From Callorhinchus milii (Eukaryota), in contig NW_024704742.1 in assembly GCF_018977255.1 (NCBI RefSeq), positions 113,276,001 to 113,340,000 on the forward strand: DNA of 64,000 nt, given 5' to 3'. Every line of letters starts with the position of its first letter. Within the stretch, counting starts at the first letter, position 1. Shown piece after piece: positions 38,743-51,750 of the stretch. The notes beneath the pieces were generated by a model. It worked only from the letters and a program-made list of their open reading frames with translations, made no database searches and had not been told where the DNA came from. Both the position numbers and the translations under genes were made by a program.

Positions 38743-41700
38743 CTGTTGTGATTACTCAGTGTGGATTTATTTCCTCACTTTTTAATACCTCATAGATAGC
38801 ATTGATTTAATGCAGTTTCTGTGTTGAATTAAGGCTAATTATGATATGTCTCATCAATTACATTTTGAGCTCCACTTCCAAAACCATCTCCATCAACCAG
38901 GCTTTACTGAAGTCGCCTCCATAACAACTTGAAAATGTAATTTTACATTTTCCTGGGACACCCCTCTTGGAGTTCTTAAAATTACTAGTGACCTAGATGC
39001 ATTCCTAAAACTTTAACCTTAACACTTTAACCACTTTTCCATGCTATGAAGAAAAGCTCCACATGTGCTTAGTTGTACACATGCAGAGTTCTCCTCAGCC
39101 ATAGAAGATGACTATGAACAGATAGTATCAGTGCACGTTTCTGTTTTGACTCACTCTACTAATACTCTACTAACATCACATTGCAAATAACACCCAATAC
39201 GTTTATAAGGATCAGATTTGGACGATCAATATAAAACGATACATGACACAGCTTGGTTATTTACAGACTTCTTATTACTCTGTGACTTCATACATCTAGG
39301 CATTGTTGTCAGCTGTTTAAGTTCTGTCTCACAGAAAAACTGAAGTATAAACAATAATCAAGGCTTAGTTATGTGACTTTAGAATGTCATTTCAGATGCT
39401 ATCATATGTCACCCTCTGAACTGTCTTCACTGACTAATCACAACATTTCTTACTTTTACTTATTGACGTATTCTTTCTTACAGCACTTTTATCATTGAAT
39501 TATACAGCACAGAAGGCGGCCATTTGGCCCATTGTGTCTGTGACGGCTCTTTGAAAAGAGCTCTCCAATTCAATCCCACTTCCCCGCTCTTTCCCCATAG
39601 CCCTGCAAACTTGTCCTCCCCAAATAATTATCTATGTCCTAAAAGGTGTTCTCGAATCGGCTTCCACCACCCTTTCAGGCAATGGATTCCAGCATTATTT
39701 CTTACTAAACTGTAACATTACATTATTAGAACTAAACTCGCAAAATTCCCAGCATTGGTGGGACAAGTGCATGGAGTTGCTGTGTACTGATGAAGGAAAA
39801 GGCCATTTGTTTAGTGTGCAGGAGATGTGCACAATCTCACTCCCTAGGATCCTAAGTTATTTGTCGCTTAACTATATTTGTTTATATTGAGTATAACAAT
39901 AATGGCATCTAACAAATGTTTAAAAATGGTGAGCCATTTCGATGTATAAGATTGCAAGTGAACCATGTGTTTGCCAGCTGTTGTCTGTGACCATAAAGTT
40001 GAGTGTTGATGTGCATTCTGGATTCTGTCTTTACCATATTGTCTTCACACAGGGCTGTAAAAACCCTTCAGTGCTTGCAAAAATGTATGGTCGGACATTC
40101 CTGCTGAGTGCTCTTCTTTCTGGTAATAATCTTGACCCTGCCAACTGCAATCGTTCCACAACTGTATGTGATTCATTGCCGGTTATAATGAGTGTCGCTA
40201 GTCTCAAAGTGACAAAGAAAGTCAAGTTAATTACAGCCCTAATGTATGCCATTTTGTTAGCCTTCATCAAGGGATTAAGATTGTTAACGTGCTACATCAT
40301 AGATTATTGCTTACTGACTTATGTTATTGGCTGGTTTTGTTTATATCCTGCCCACATAAAGATTTTAATGTTAAACCTTGCCAAAATTGTCATTCCCCTT
40401 GCATAGAGCAGAAAATTCTAGGAGTTCTGCCTTCATTGTTATTTGCCATAATTTCAGAAGTCTGGTAATGTTACCTGTTCTGGGTTTAACCCTTATCACT
40501 TTGACAGAAGCTGATCTAAATTGCTTAAATTATTTTCATTTTTTTATCATTCCATTCAGAGCTGTATCCTTTTTATTGTGTCTCTGAAGGCTGTGCTTTT
40601 GAAGAGTATTGAACATTTATTTTTATCCAGTAGCTTTGGGATATAACAGCAACCTTTCTAAATTACCCACAAATTAATTGAGTTTGGTCACTGAGAATTA
40701 CTTTGAACACGATGAAGGAAACGTGTGTGAACCTTTTTTATTGCAGTGTTTTTATTTGAAGTTTAAAAGTAAATGCCAAATAGAGAAACGGTTTGGGGAT
40801 TTTAAAAAAAATAGAGCAAGTTGTAGCATTTATGAAATGGCTTGTGGGTTGTATTTCAGGAGGTATAACTTAATCAAACTGCATATCGAGGGCAGGATTT
40901 GTGCAAAAGTTAAACACTGCTTTAACCGTTTCAAACAAATTTAATGCAATAGATAGTTTAAAACTAGGTAGGTGAAGGCCAATAATAGGCATATTTCAGC
41001 TGTAATATTATGGAGCATCAGAACAATAGTAGAGAGACTAACCTTTTACTGCAATCTATTCAAGCCATTCGACTGTTATGTGTCTGTGATTGTACAACAT
41101 TCCTAGTCCCTACGATGCACTGAGTGACTTAAGAATGTATTCATTTGTGTATGAAATTAAAGGGAAAGTCAACCCTTACTGCGTTATTGATTCTAGAGTA
41201 TCTAAACGAATTAAAGTAAGTTTGAAACTGCATCTTTACTTCAGGATTTTACTTAGGAAATTTCTATAGAATTTCAGGATTTGTGTAGCTATTTGAATAG
41301 AATGTGTACCCAACCTTATTAAATTACTTGAGAATATTTTTCCATTTTCCAAGTACTTTTGAAACATCACTGCTAATGTAATACATTTAAATTATAAAAC
41401 TATTATCCTACCTTCAACCTTGTTATATTTAACTTTATTTAACTAATTATTTTCTGCTCCACAACAAATTTACTAATAGTATAGTAGTGCCTATCTTATT
41501 AAGAGATTAAATCCTCCAGCTACATAAAGCCCTCCTTCTAAACCCTGTATGAGGGATGCTATAAAAATGCAAGTAGTTGTTCTCCCCCTTCCCAAATTTC
41601 AGCACCTTTGTCACACTCAATGCACACCACTGAGACATTTAGAGAAATGTCTCTACCAGTGCCGAGGATAGCAGCCCCGAAGGTTACTGGATAGAGCTGA

Positions 41701-44700
41701 AGTTTACAGATTTGGAGCTCACTGGTTTGAATCTCAGTCCATGCTGAGTTTGCTGATCTCAGCTGGAGCTGCCTGGCAATGCTTTATTGGTCCTGGCCTT
41801 CCCCAGGGTTAGGGGAGGGAAAACAGCCAGGATTCTTGCTGCTGGTGCCTCTACAGCAGGTCTATTGTGTGTGTGTTTGGTAGTTATGCCCTCTACAGTC
41901 ACTGCCAAGGATCACGTATGAACAAACAATAGGCACTTGAGTGAGATAGCAGAGGGCAACCAGTGCCTGAGGGCCAGATGGGTGGGCCCGCACTGTGCTA
42001 TACTTACCATTTTATGATCCAAATAAAAACAACTTTATTGGCTCTATCTTACCAACAGTTAAAATGCCGCAAATCAACAAGGTAGCCACAAGAGGCCCTT
42101 CTAATTATTAACCTGAACTTTTTCAAAATTGGGTCCTGAGCAGGAAAATGATCATTTTGTTTATTAATCGACAGTGATAGATTTTTAAGAGAGATTTTTT
42201 TGCACAAAAGAAATCTAAACCGTAGAGGACCTGTTGGGGCCTCCACCTAAGCCTACTGGATCATCTTCTATCAGGATCTAAATTATTCACAATTGGTGAT
42301 GTGAACTGTTTTCTGGCAGATTTTCACTTCTTCAAGAAGAGATTGCCCTTGATCCTACCAAACAGGTACAGGCTGCTCTCCCAGAATGGGGGAGAGTTTT
42401 GCAATCTCCCTGCCTTGATGAATGACTGATGCCTTGGTTATTGAAAATGATAGGTTAAGTGATTGGTGTCAACTACAGTGGGTAATTGACAGTGTTATAA
42501 AATACAGAAACTACGCACAAGGCACGGTACAGTGTCGGAAAATGATCAGCCTCATAGTGCCAGGATTGCATTTTTTCCTGCACCACTTAAATCAAAAATA
42601 GAATGTAAATTGATGTGCCCATCAGCAAATTGTTTTGCTGTGTAGATATGAAGGAAATGGTTACATAATCTAATTACCTGTTGGTACCACGGAAGCAAAT
42701 TTGTGCAAAACTGGCATAATGATTTTAGTAATAGAAAGTGCAGAATGTGCAGAACCAGAAAATTAAAGTCCATCTGACCAGTCGTATTTTCAACTGCGAT
42801 CTCTCCCTATCTCACATATCTTCCGCACCCCCCCCAAACACTTTCACCATCAAAACCCCATCCAATTTCCTCTTAAAAACGTTCATGCCATTCAGCTTCC
42901 TGAGCAAAATATTCATCACAGCAACCAGCGAGCAGGAAAAAATCCCACTGAAGGGATTGCTGTCATGGCTCCCATGTGGGCAAGATTCTATCATGCTGCA
43001 TTATAGCATATCCACAGATTTTCACCAAACTTAGTTTGCAAGTGGCTGTGAACAGTGTGTGTGCTTCTGCTCCAACTCATATGTCCTCTTTTCTGAAGAC
43101 ACTGAGGTAGATGGTCCACCTGAGTCCAGATTTAGTAATTTTCTTAGCATTTCAGACCGTGATGAATTTGACAGATTCTTAACCACAGTCTTAATCTTGT
43201 AACCAGTTTTCTTTAAGGTCTATTTAAAAATACAGTAAACTAGCCTCAGATTTAAGATTAAAATCAACAATTTGCCAAATTGAAAATTTCTGATGAATTT
43301 TGCCTTTTTAAAAAATAAACTGTGCTTGACAAAACATACAAGAAATGGGTCATTTTGGGGAATAACTTCATGTACTATAATTGCCACAAACCTTTTTTTG
43401 TAAAGATCTAAAGCTGGCCCAAGGGGGCAATATAGACAAAAAATTCCACCTGGACTTGGCCTATAATATCATTTTACCTTAAAGTTTAACATACAACAAC
43501 AACTTGCGTTTATATAGCGCCCTTCACGCAGGGCTAGTGTTCCAGACCGCTTAACAAGGTGGAGTTTGACCCCAAGCCGGTATTTCAGAGAACTCTTAAA
43601 TTCAGTATTAATTTGGCAGTCGGTTCTTTTTAGGTATTGTGAAAAATCGGCTTCCAAAATCACGCTCAAGAATTTTCTGCGCAATCCTAAATTTTAAAAC
43701 AAAATGGTCCTGCAGGCAGACTCGGTGTAATGTCAGGTTACAGAGCTGAAAAGAGGGAACTTGTGTAGCTTGGAGCTGTAAATCTCTTAAATAGAAAGGC
43801 ATCTACTGATTTGCTTCAGGGCTTGCCTTAATTTATCTAGAATGTGCAGAGAATAGCTACCTTTGAAGAACAAAAAGCTCTACACAAAAGGTGAATAATT
43901 TGCCTTTCAAGATCGTTAAAGCTGTTACCAAATGAAGTATTTGCAGAGGTAATTATTGCCAATTAGTTCATTGGTATTCTTGTGCTTGGCTCAAGGAGAA
44001 ATAGTTATCTACATCCTGGTAAAAAAANTCCTGCAATAAATGTTGGCTTTCCCTTCTAGAATGATGCAATAAAGGTCCAAAGTGAGCTCTCAACATCAAG
44101 GACTTGATGGGTTTGTTTATGTGTTGTATGAAAGATATTTGTAGTGAAAACATATGAGCTGCTGGCTTAACAACTGTCAGTAAATTAAATAGTGTGAATC
44201 ACATAATGGGGATGAAATAACCACTGCAACCTTAGCAACTGTGTAATAATAAACTTTTTTTTGTATTCTGCTCCAATTCGGCAGGTTAAAGCAAAAATCG
44301 GTACAAGCTTGTGTGTCTTTCAAATTAACAATAAAACTTTGAAACATCTACATCTCATGAAATGGGTTTGGGATTTATTACACGGTATGGTTTTAATTGC
44401 TGGAGGAACTGCTGTGTTATTTTATTGACTAAATTCATCATATGGCTGTTTATGGGACATTGCTGTAATCACATTGGCTGCTGTGTTTGCCTGCAAATAC
44501 ACTTATTATTATTACTACATGAGCACAAGCACTTAAAAAGAGCATACAAGCTCACGGAGGCAAAGGGCGTTTTTTNCTGCATAGAGGACAATTAATGACT
44601 GGGATGGATTGCCAGCAAGTGGCAGTGGCAGGTTTTGCACTGGAGGAGGGAGGTGATGGGCCATTACTGGCATCACCTTCCAGTCACTCTCCGCGCTGCC

Positions 44701-44859
44701 TCATACCTCTCGCTCCAAATTCTCCTCCTGTTGCTCTATGCACTGTACAGGCTGTGCAAGTCATGGGGCAGTGTGGAGAGCAACAGGAAGAGAGGTGGAG
44801 CGGGAGGTAAAGGCACCGTACATACTGCTAAAGGCCGTGAAAAAGGCCACTAACCCTCT

Positions 44860-45107
44860 TGCCATAAGTAGGAACCCAGTTGTTAGTTGATTGGCGGATT
44901 GCTTTTCCATGGGTAATATTTCCTTAAAAAGACTTGTCACTTTAATCCATGACTGTTTGTGGGACACTGCTGTGTGCAATTGGCTTTCACGTTTTGCCCA
45001 CAAAATATACAGTCGATTCACTTTACAGTATATTCTGTGAAGCGCTTTGAGACATCTCAAAATCGTGATAAGGCGCTACATCAAATGCAAGCATTATTAT
45101 TATTACT
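44860..45107 (+). mobile_element. 5'-truncated long-form SINE copy
   Basis: 'taagtaggaaccc.gttgttagt' is shared with ~63436-63458 and is followed by the standard core and an (ATT)n tail. Confidence 0.75.
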
Positions 45108-46489
45108 ACCCAAGGAAGGGAAATATATCTTTGGTGTCTTAAGCCAGCATTACATTTCTGAAACATGTTTACTTACTGGTGATTTCAATTTGCTATAAAA
45201 TGTGCTCTTTCCCTAACATGTATACTTGACGACCACTGGAGTCTGAACCATGACATAAATTGCAGAAATGAATGAATGTGAAGCTTTTGGGTGGTCTGCC
45301 TTGGCTAAATTCCTTAAATTCTTCACAAACCGAACATCAGCTCTGTGTACATGCAGTTTTAATTTTGGCCTCTGAAGCATAATAAATCAACATAATAACT
45401 TAGAATTACAGATACATTTTTTAAAAGAAAAACCTTGAATTTACAAAAATATTTGTAGTGACAGTAAAAAAAGTGACAGTAATAATTGAAACTTGTTCAT
45501 TGAATTTAATTTTATTTTTCCAGAAATAACTACACCAGAAAGTTGTGTGAATCCTTGACTTTTAACAGCAGTAAGCAGGTGTCACAGTGTTATTCAGAGT
45601 GATGAAATCAAGCCTTTCATTCTCTATATGAAGGTGACATCCTTCTGATGAGATGCTAAACCGAGGTTCCGTCAGCCTGTTTAGGTGGACATGAAAGATC
45701 TCATGGCACTACTCAAAAAGAGCAGGGTCTTTCTCCCAGTGTCCTGTCCAACAATCCCTCAAACACAATTAGTCATTAACTTCATCATTATTTGTGTAAA
45801 TGATATTACACTCCATTGATTCTCAGCGTTGAGCACACCCAGATATTGTGCGGCAATTATGCAGAAGAGAGCAACCTGTATTCTATTCCCGACTACATCC
45901 AAACAAGCATCATCCATTGGACCAATGCAAATCTTTCCATCTCACACCCCAGACATCAGTGTGACCTCTTGGCACTGAGACTCTGGCTGACAATTAGTGA
46001 TGATTTATAATCAGTTTTATGTGGGGAACACTTATTGAGGAAAAGATGGGTTGAGACTATCTGAGCTCACCTCAAATAAGGTTCTAATAGATACCAGAGA
46101 GCAGAAACTTCAATTCAATCTGATCACTATTCAAGGCTATGTGTGAAAATGGAAAGGATATTGTTACAACCTAAAGTGTCTTTAAAATGAACTGGCTCCA
46201 AGATGACATGCTTGGCAAAAGGAATGTCAAAATAGAGTCAATCCTGTGCAGCTGTTCTGGTAGCCGGATTCCTGAGCCAGGCAGGTCCGCAGTACTCCAG
46301 ATATTGCTGATCACATACCAAGCAGCCTGGCTCATCAGCAGGACAAAGAAGGGCAGACCAGTCACTGGGGACAGGGATTCTTCTAACTCAGCTCCCTGTA
46401 CGTCAAAGCTGTAACAGGTAGGATCGTTTTCACTGGACAAGCAGCAGCAAGTTTTCCAGGCATTGCTTTCAAGCTACATGGTTTTAATG

Positions 46490-47060
46490 AGTTAAACTCT
46501 AGCAGTACTCCCAACACACACTCTGGAAGATCCACGCTTTGGCTCTTGCAACCTACACCTAATACTGTGGAGTCCTGTAGCCCAGTGGTTAGAGCACTCG
46601 CTTTGCAAGCGAGAGACCTGAGTTCAATTCCAGGCACAGGGCGAAACCTTGGGCAAGTTTCCTTACTCCACACGCTTAATAATAATAATCCCTCCAAAAC
46701 CAAAAACAATAATAAAAAGTGGTCATTTTCAATCTATGACTGTTTGTGGGACATTGCTGTGCGCAATTGGCTGCCGCGTTCGCCCACAAATATACAGTCA
46801 ATTCACTTTACAGTGTGTTCTGTGAAGCGCTTTGGGACGTCCTCCCGACGTGAAACGTGCTATATCAAATGCAAGGATTATTATTATTATTATTAATACT
46901 CTCTGGAATTAGGTAAGCAGGGTGTGTCCCTCAGGGGAAAAAGGTGCACGTTCCATTCTAAACACAGAAATTTCCATGTGTAGGTGGCATGCATTGAATT
47001 CTCAGTCTGGTTTGAATACCCTACGCATAGTGATGGGTTTACACAAGTGTCAGACCCTGG
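46490..47060 (+). repeat. Unclassified old repeat, split by the young SINE at 46567-46893
   Basis: The flanks rejoin as 'acctacacctaatact|ctctggaattaggtaagcagg', colinear with the uninterrupted copy near 33825-33862. Confidence 0.7.
46567..46893 (+). mobile_element. Full-length young tRNA-Ala-like SINE (CTCCC tail-loop type) with a 7-bp TSD
   Basis: The TSD TAATACT lies at 46560-46566 and 46894-46900. It has pol III A and B boxes, the anticodon arm ctcgc-ttTGCaa-gcgag and an (ATT)n tail. Confidence 0.95.
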
Positions 47061-47469
47061 AGAAAAACATACATTCTTTACATACTGAGGCCCTTTTCTA
47101 CTACATTGTTACAATTCCACACTCATAGTCCCGACAAACACTTTTAAACCCCCAACATCATACAAAGACTGTAAAATGTATTAAACCTCATAAAAAGCAC
47201 TGGGCAATGAACCTATGAAGTGGTTCGACATCTGGTAGGTACAATCTTACCTAGAAGATAAGTCTTACCTTCAAGCGCTCTGAGACACTGCCCTGCATGG
47301 AGGGTGCTATATAAGTGCAAGTTGTTGTTGTTATCCTTGGGTGTTGTCAGGTCATCCCAGCTATACATTTATGGGAGCATCTGGGTTAGAGAGAGAAAAA
47401 GGGGAAACTAATATTACTTTTTGGTAAGTTGTGGATTTCCAAGGCCTTAATGCACAGCCACATGGTGTT

Positions 47470-47832
47470 GCATAGAGTGATACAGCAAGGAAACAGGTCA
47501 TTCAGCCTAACTAATCGTGACAGTGTTTGTACACCACATGAGCCCCTAACCCTCTCATTCCCCTCTCTTATACCCCTCTATTCCCTTCTCTCCTTTATGT
47601 ATTGGATCATGTTTTCTCTTAATTACATTGACATTATTTGCTTCAGCCATTGCTTCTGGCAGTGCGTTCCATTCTCACCACCCTCTGTGTGAAGAAGTTT
47701 CTCAACTCCCTAATAAATGTACCAGGAGCTAATTTGTTTTTATATCCTCATTTTAGACTCACCAATAAGTGGAAACAGCCCATCAATATCCACCCTATTG
47801 AATACTTTCATAATCTTGAACACCTCCATCAG
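47470..47832 (-). mobile_element. Decayed CR1 3' fragment
   Basis: It contains 'ttccattctcaccaccctctgtgtgaagaagttt..ggaaacag..ttcataatcttgaacacctc', the same region as 49574-49915. Confidence 0.65.
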
Positions 47833-49232
47833 GTTCTGACAAACACAACAACAACTTGCACTTATATAGCACCCTTCACACAGGGTAGCATCTCAGAGCG
47901 CTTAAACACTCAGCTCCTGTGCACACAGGAAGACAACCTGTGGAATAAAAAACATTCATTCTGCTTGAAAATATTTTACTTCGTGAACCGAATTAAATAG
48001 AAAGATTTCTGCCTTTGCCATTGTCAAATGAGTCTGAATTATGACCTCTACAATAATATCAAGCTTCTGACACAAAGGTCATTCAAGCAAGGTTGAAAAG
48101 CTCCCCTTTGCCAGTTTACTCATGATATGACTAATGCATTATAACATGACAAATCGTTTTCTAATAACATTTATCACACTGTTGCAGTAACTCGTGTGCA
48201 TCCAAATTTGATCAATGACACTCCTTAATTGTTTTCTTCCACTAGAGATAACCAAATATTATAACTTAGTTTGAATTCCTTTGACAGGAACCTAGCATTC
48301 AACAGTTGCCATCATATCTCTTTATAAGTAATCCTATTTCTGCCTTTCCTCACAAATTATGTTTATCTTGTTCTCCTTAACTGATGTTCAAAGCAGCTTT
48401 TGTTAAGGAATGATAAATGAGTGGCCAGGGCACACTGATGTTGATTTCTGTGCATTATCTAACCACATGTCCTTACAAGTTGGAATGAGATGTCACCGGA
48501 ACTTGCAAGGTGGTTTAGTATTTAATTAAAATTATCTTAATTGATCTACAACTGTTGTTTCCCAGTCAAATGTGAATCAGCTAAGGAGAGTTCAGGCCGT
48601 AATTTCACAAATGCAAAAAATCTTCCAATGTAGTTTTATCAGTCTTGATTGATCACCTCAATTTACTGGTGAAGAATGGTGCCCTGCGAAACAACCTGCA
48701 ACTGATGGTATGTTAATTGGTGATTCCAGATAATGCTCCGTCTAAATGGGATGAATGACCCTAATTACATGAAGCTGATGATGTCTGGTTCTTTATCAAC
48801 GAGTGAGGATCTAGTTGATAAAATGAAGAGGGGGGGGGGAGGGGTAGTAAATGTTGTGTCTATATTGTACCTTTGCTAACATGTAGCTGACAGCTTTAAC
48901 TGGTTTTCAATAAATATTTTTACTTTTTTGATTTTGCTGCGAGTTCTAGAATTTTACACTCTGCAGTGCATTCTTGAGTTGACTGTCCCCACAAGGCAAC
49001 ACAACACAACCTGAGGCTTAGCTGGTAATACAATTGAGTAAATTGATGTTATAAGCAGATAGCCTCCTTTTGTCGTGATTGTTTGAGGTTCCCGACTGAT
49101 CAGAATAACATGGAGCAGTGCAATTTTCTCAGATTGGACCAATGTAACTTATTAGGGAAGAGGCTGATTCTACTTGGGTATTTTCCACATCAGCAAAAAT
49201 GGATGTTTCAGGCACATTAATAACAGCAGCCT

Positions 49233-49235
<3 letters not shown>

Positions 49236-49268
<33 letters not shown>

Positions 49269-49272
49269 TAAA
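49236..49272. repeat. (TAA)n microsatellite
   Basis: Directly visible. Confidence 0.9.
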
Positions 49273-49573
49273 TTATTTTTTAAAAGAGCTAAAGAGGATG
49301 AGAAAGCTCCAGTTAATAATAATAGTCTTTGCATTTGATATAGATCCTATAACATCAAAACATCTCAAAGCAATTTGCTGTCATGTATAGGGACAGTTCA
49401 TTCGTTGATAAACACAGCAGCCAATTTGTGCACAGCAAGATTCCACAAACAGCCATAAGGTGAATAATCGTTTATGGGAGGATTGTTGGCCAAAACATTG
49501 GGAGAAACTCTATTCTCTTTTCAAATGTGATCTTTACCATCTACCTGAGTAGGCAAACCGGATTTCAGTTTAA

Positions 49574-49915
49574 TCAAAGAACAGCATATTTGACAATACT
49601 TTTCAAGTACCTATCTAATTCCCTTTTGAAAGTTGTTATTGAATCTGTTTCCACCGCCCATTCAAGACAACTCTCTGTGTAAAAAAAAATTATCTTCATC
49701 TCCCGTCTGGTTCTTTTGCCAATTACTTTGAATCTATGTGCCCTGGTTGCTGACCCACCTGCCAGTGGAAACAGTTTCTCCCTATCTTCTCTATCAAAAC
49801 CCCTCACAATTTTATTCAATTTATTGAATGCTCTATTAAATTTCCTCTCTGCTCTAAGTAGAACAATCCCAGATTCTCTAGTCTTGCCACTTAACTAAAG
49901 TCCCTCATCTCTGGT
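49574..49915 (-). mobile_element. CR1 LINE ORF2 C-terminal fragment
   Basis: The ORF reads 'KIVRGFDREDREKLFPLAGGSATRAHRFKVIGKRTR..FF..ITTFKRELDRYL'. Confidence 0.88.
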
Positions 49916-49924
49916 AAATAAAAA

Positions 49925-50110
49925 TAAGAATATAATCTTTGCATTTGATATAGCACTTTTCATATCTTCTAGATGTCTCAAAGCGCTTCACAGAATACAC
50001 TGTAAAGTAAATTGACTGGACATTTGTGGGCGAAATGCAGCAGCCAATTGTGCACAACAGTGTCCCACAAACAGTCGTGGATTGAAGTGACCAATTTATT
50101 ATTGTTTTTT
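49925..50110 (-). mobile_element. 3' half of the young SINE (TAGAA loop). Similar 3' halves lie at ~15975-16065 (-), 52522-52700 (-), 58172-58275 (-), 58672-58856 (+) and 15695-15810 (+).
   Basis: Near-identical core and tail sequence. Confidence 0.85.
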
Positions 50111-50406
50111 TTGATGAAATGCTGTTCTTGACATCTCCTCCAACAATGTAATAGTTTCTCAGACCTAACTGTGAACTCAAAGTCCTAACGTAGGGCTTGA
50201 ACCAAGGACCTCCTGACCCAGAGGCAAGTGTCCTACCAACTGAGCCAAACTAACACCTACGCTTTATGTGATAATTAACACATGCATTCAATTTAGCATT
50301 GATGAGGGTTTCACTTTCTAACAACCTTTTTTGAAAACAAAAATCTAACTCCCTTTTTTCAAGAAACTAGTTCAGGCAACTGAAAGGTCTCTGTATACTG
50401 GGAGCA

Positions 50407-50731
50407 GTAGAGTCCTGTAGCTCAGTGGTTAGAGCACTCGCTTTGCAAGCGAGAGACCTGAGTTCAATTCCAGGCAGGGTGAAACCTTGGGCAAGTTTCC
50501 TTACTCCACACGCCTAATAATAATCCCTCCAAAAACCCAAAACAATAATAAATTGGTCATTTTCAATCTACGACTGTTTGTGGGACATTGCTGTGCGCAA
50601 TTGGCTGCCGCGTTTGCCCACAAATATACAGTCAATTCACTTTACAGTGTGTTCTGTGAAGCGCTTTGGGACGTCCTCCCGACGTGAAAAGCGCTATATC
50701 AAATGCAAGGATTATTATTATTATTATTATT
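50407..50731 (+). mobile_element. Full-length young tRNA-Ala-like SINE (CTCCC loop)
   Basis: It is near-identical to 46567-46893, with 'agca(g)' repeated at 50403 and 50732 as a probable TSD. Confidence 0.95.
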
Positions 50732-51310
50732 AGCAGGTGTAAGTAAAAGTTGTACGTGTGTAAGATGATAACAACAAGAGTACACCCACTGCTCTCTAGT
50801 TCATTTTCAGCTGCGCACATTTTTCATAGCATACTTTTTACGTCACTTCATTTCAAATAAAAGCGCAGCATGTTGTCATTTTAAGTGGATTACGCACATG
50901 AGGAGGCACATTATAATGAATATAAGATCGATTTTCAGATAGAACACCAAGAATTAGTGGATTGTTAGTACAGCAAAAAAGAAAGCACATGTTCAACTCC
51001 CTGCAAAGCATGCTGTGTTACACAGCAGGTAAGACCTTCAAAGGAGAAGGTTGGGTAGAAATCCAGGGGTAAATAGTGTGTGTTGCTATAATGTATAATT
51101 AACTAGCTATATGCTGATTAATACCTGGAGTTATCTGCTCAAGCAAAGAAAAAAATCAGATTACAGTTGGTATCTCACAAATCAGCATTATAATGTCTCA
51201 ATCCACAATGCATGGCACAGCCAGCTTCCTGAACAAAACCACTGAGAAGGGAGTTGGGAACGGTGCACAGTTTCCAGCACATGCAAGACTAGTCAATGTA
51301 TTAAATATTA

Positions 51311-51750
51311 ATAATAATAATCCTTGCATTTGATTTAGCATCTTTCACGTTGGGAGGATGTTTTAAATACTTCACAGGGTTTAATGTGAATTGTAGTGAC
51401 CTCATTTTGTAGGCAAACATGGCAGCCAATTTATGTGCTGCAATATATCTCAAACAGCTATGAAATGAATGGCTAATTTTAGTTGAGAGACTGTAGGCCC
51501 GGACACCGGGTAAAACTCATTTCTCTTTTCGAGTAGCGCCATGGAATCTTTAGCATCCACATGGACAGGCAGACAGTATCCCTTGGTTTAACGTCTCATT
51601 CCAAAGGATGGTATCTCCTACAATGTAGCGGTCCCCCAGCATTGGACTGGAGTGTCAGCTTAGACTCTCAGTTAAAACTTCCAGTGTGGGGCTTGCAACC
51701 AAAATGCTCTGACTCAAAGGTGAGAGTGTTATTAACTGACCCAGGTTGAG
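51311..51750 (-). mobile_element. DeuSINE-like SINE, near full length
   Basis: It is the reverse complement of the 25505-type element from tail to head ('ctctgactcaaaggtgagagtg'). Confidence 0.78.

Noticed and set aside
39942..40406. 154-aa ORF downstream of EDIL3
   Set aside because: It has no recognisable domain and no convincing splice context. Its composition is typical of translated AT-rich non-coding DNA.
45645..45700. CTGATGAG...GAAA as a second hammerhead (CTGATGAG also at 23131)
   Set aside because: It lies within the DeuSINE-like body, where other copies read cagatga or ggatga, and stem II does not pair.
46171..46460. GC-richer patch with ORFs on both strands as a hidden exon (similar case at 36230-36613)
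   Set aside because: I recognise no protein motif or paired splice sites in any frame I read, so I cannot support a call.
46546..46896. Recurrent ORFs containing '[14 protein letters not shown]' (1633, 44959, 46546, 49905, 57444, 58197) as a protein family
   Set aside because: They are translations of the same non-coding SINE core in different copies.
50411..50481. tRNA-Ala(TGC) gene (also at 46570, 23555-23625, 57248, 57725-57795, 63315)
   Set aside because: Each is the head of a SINE. It runs into the same body and tail, TSDs flank the whole element in several copies, and there is no pol III terminator after the cloverleaf.
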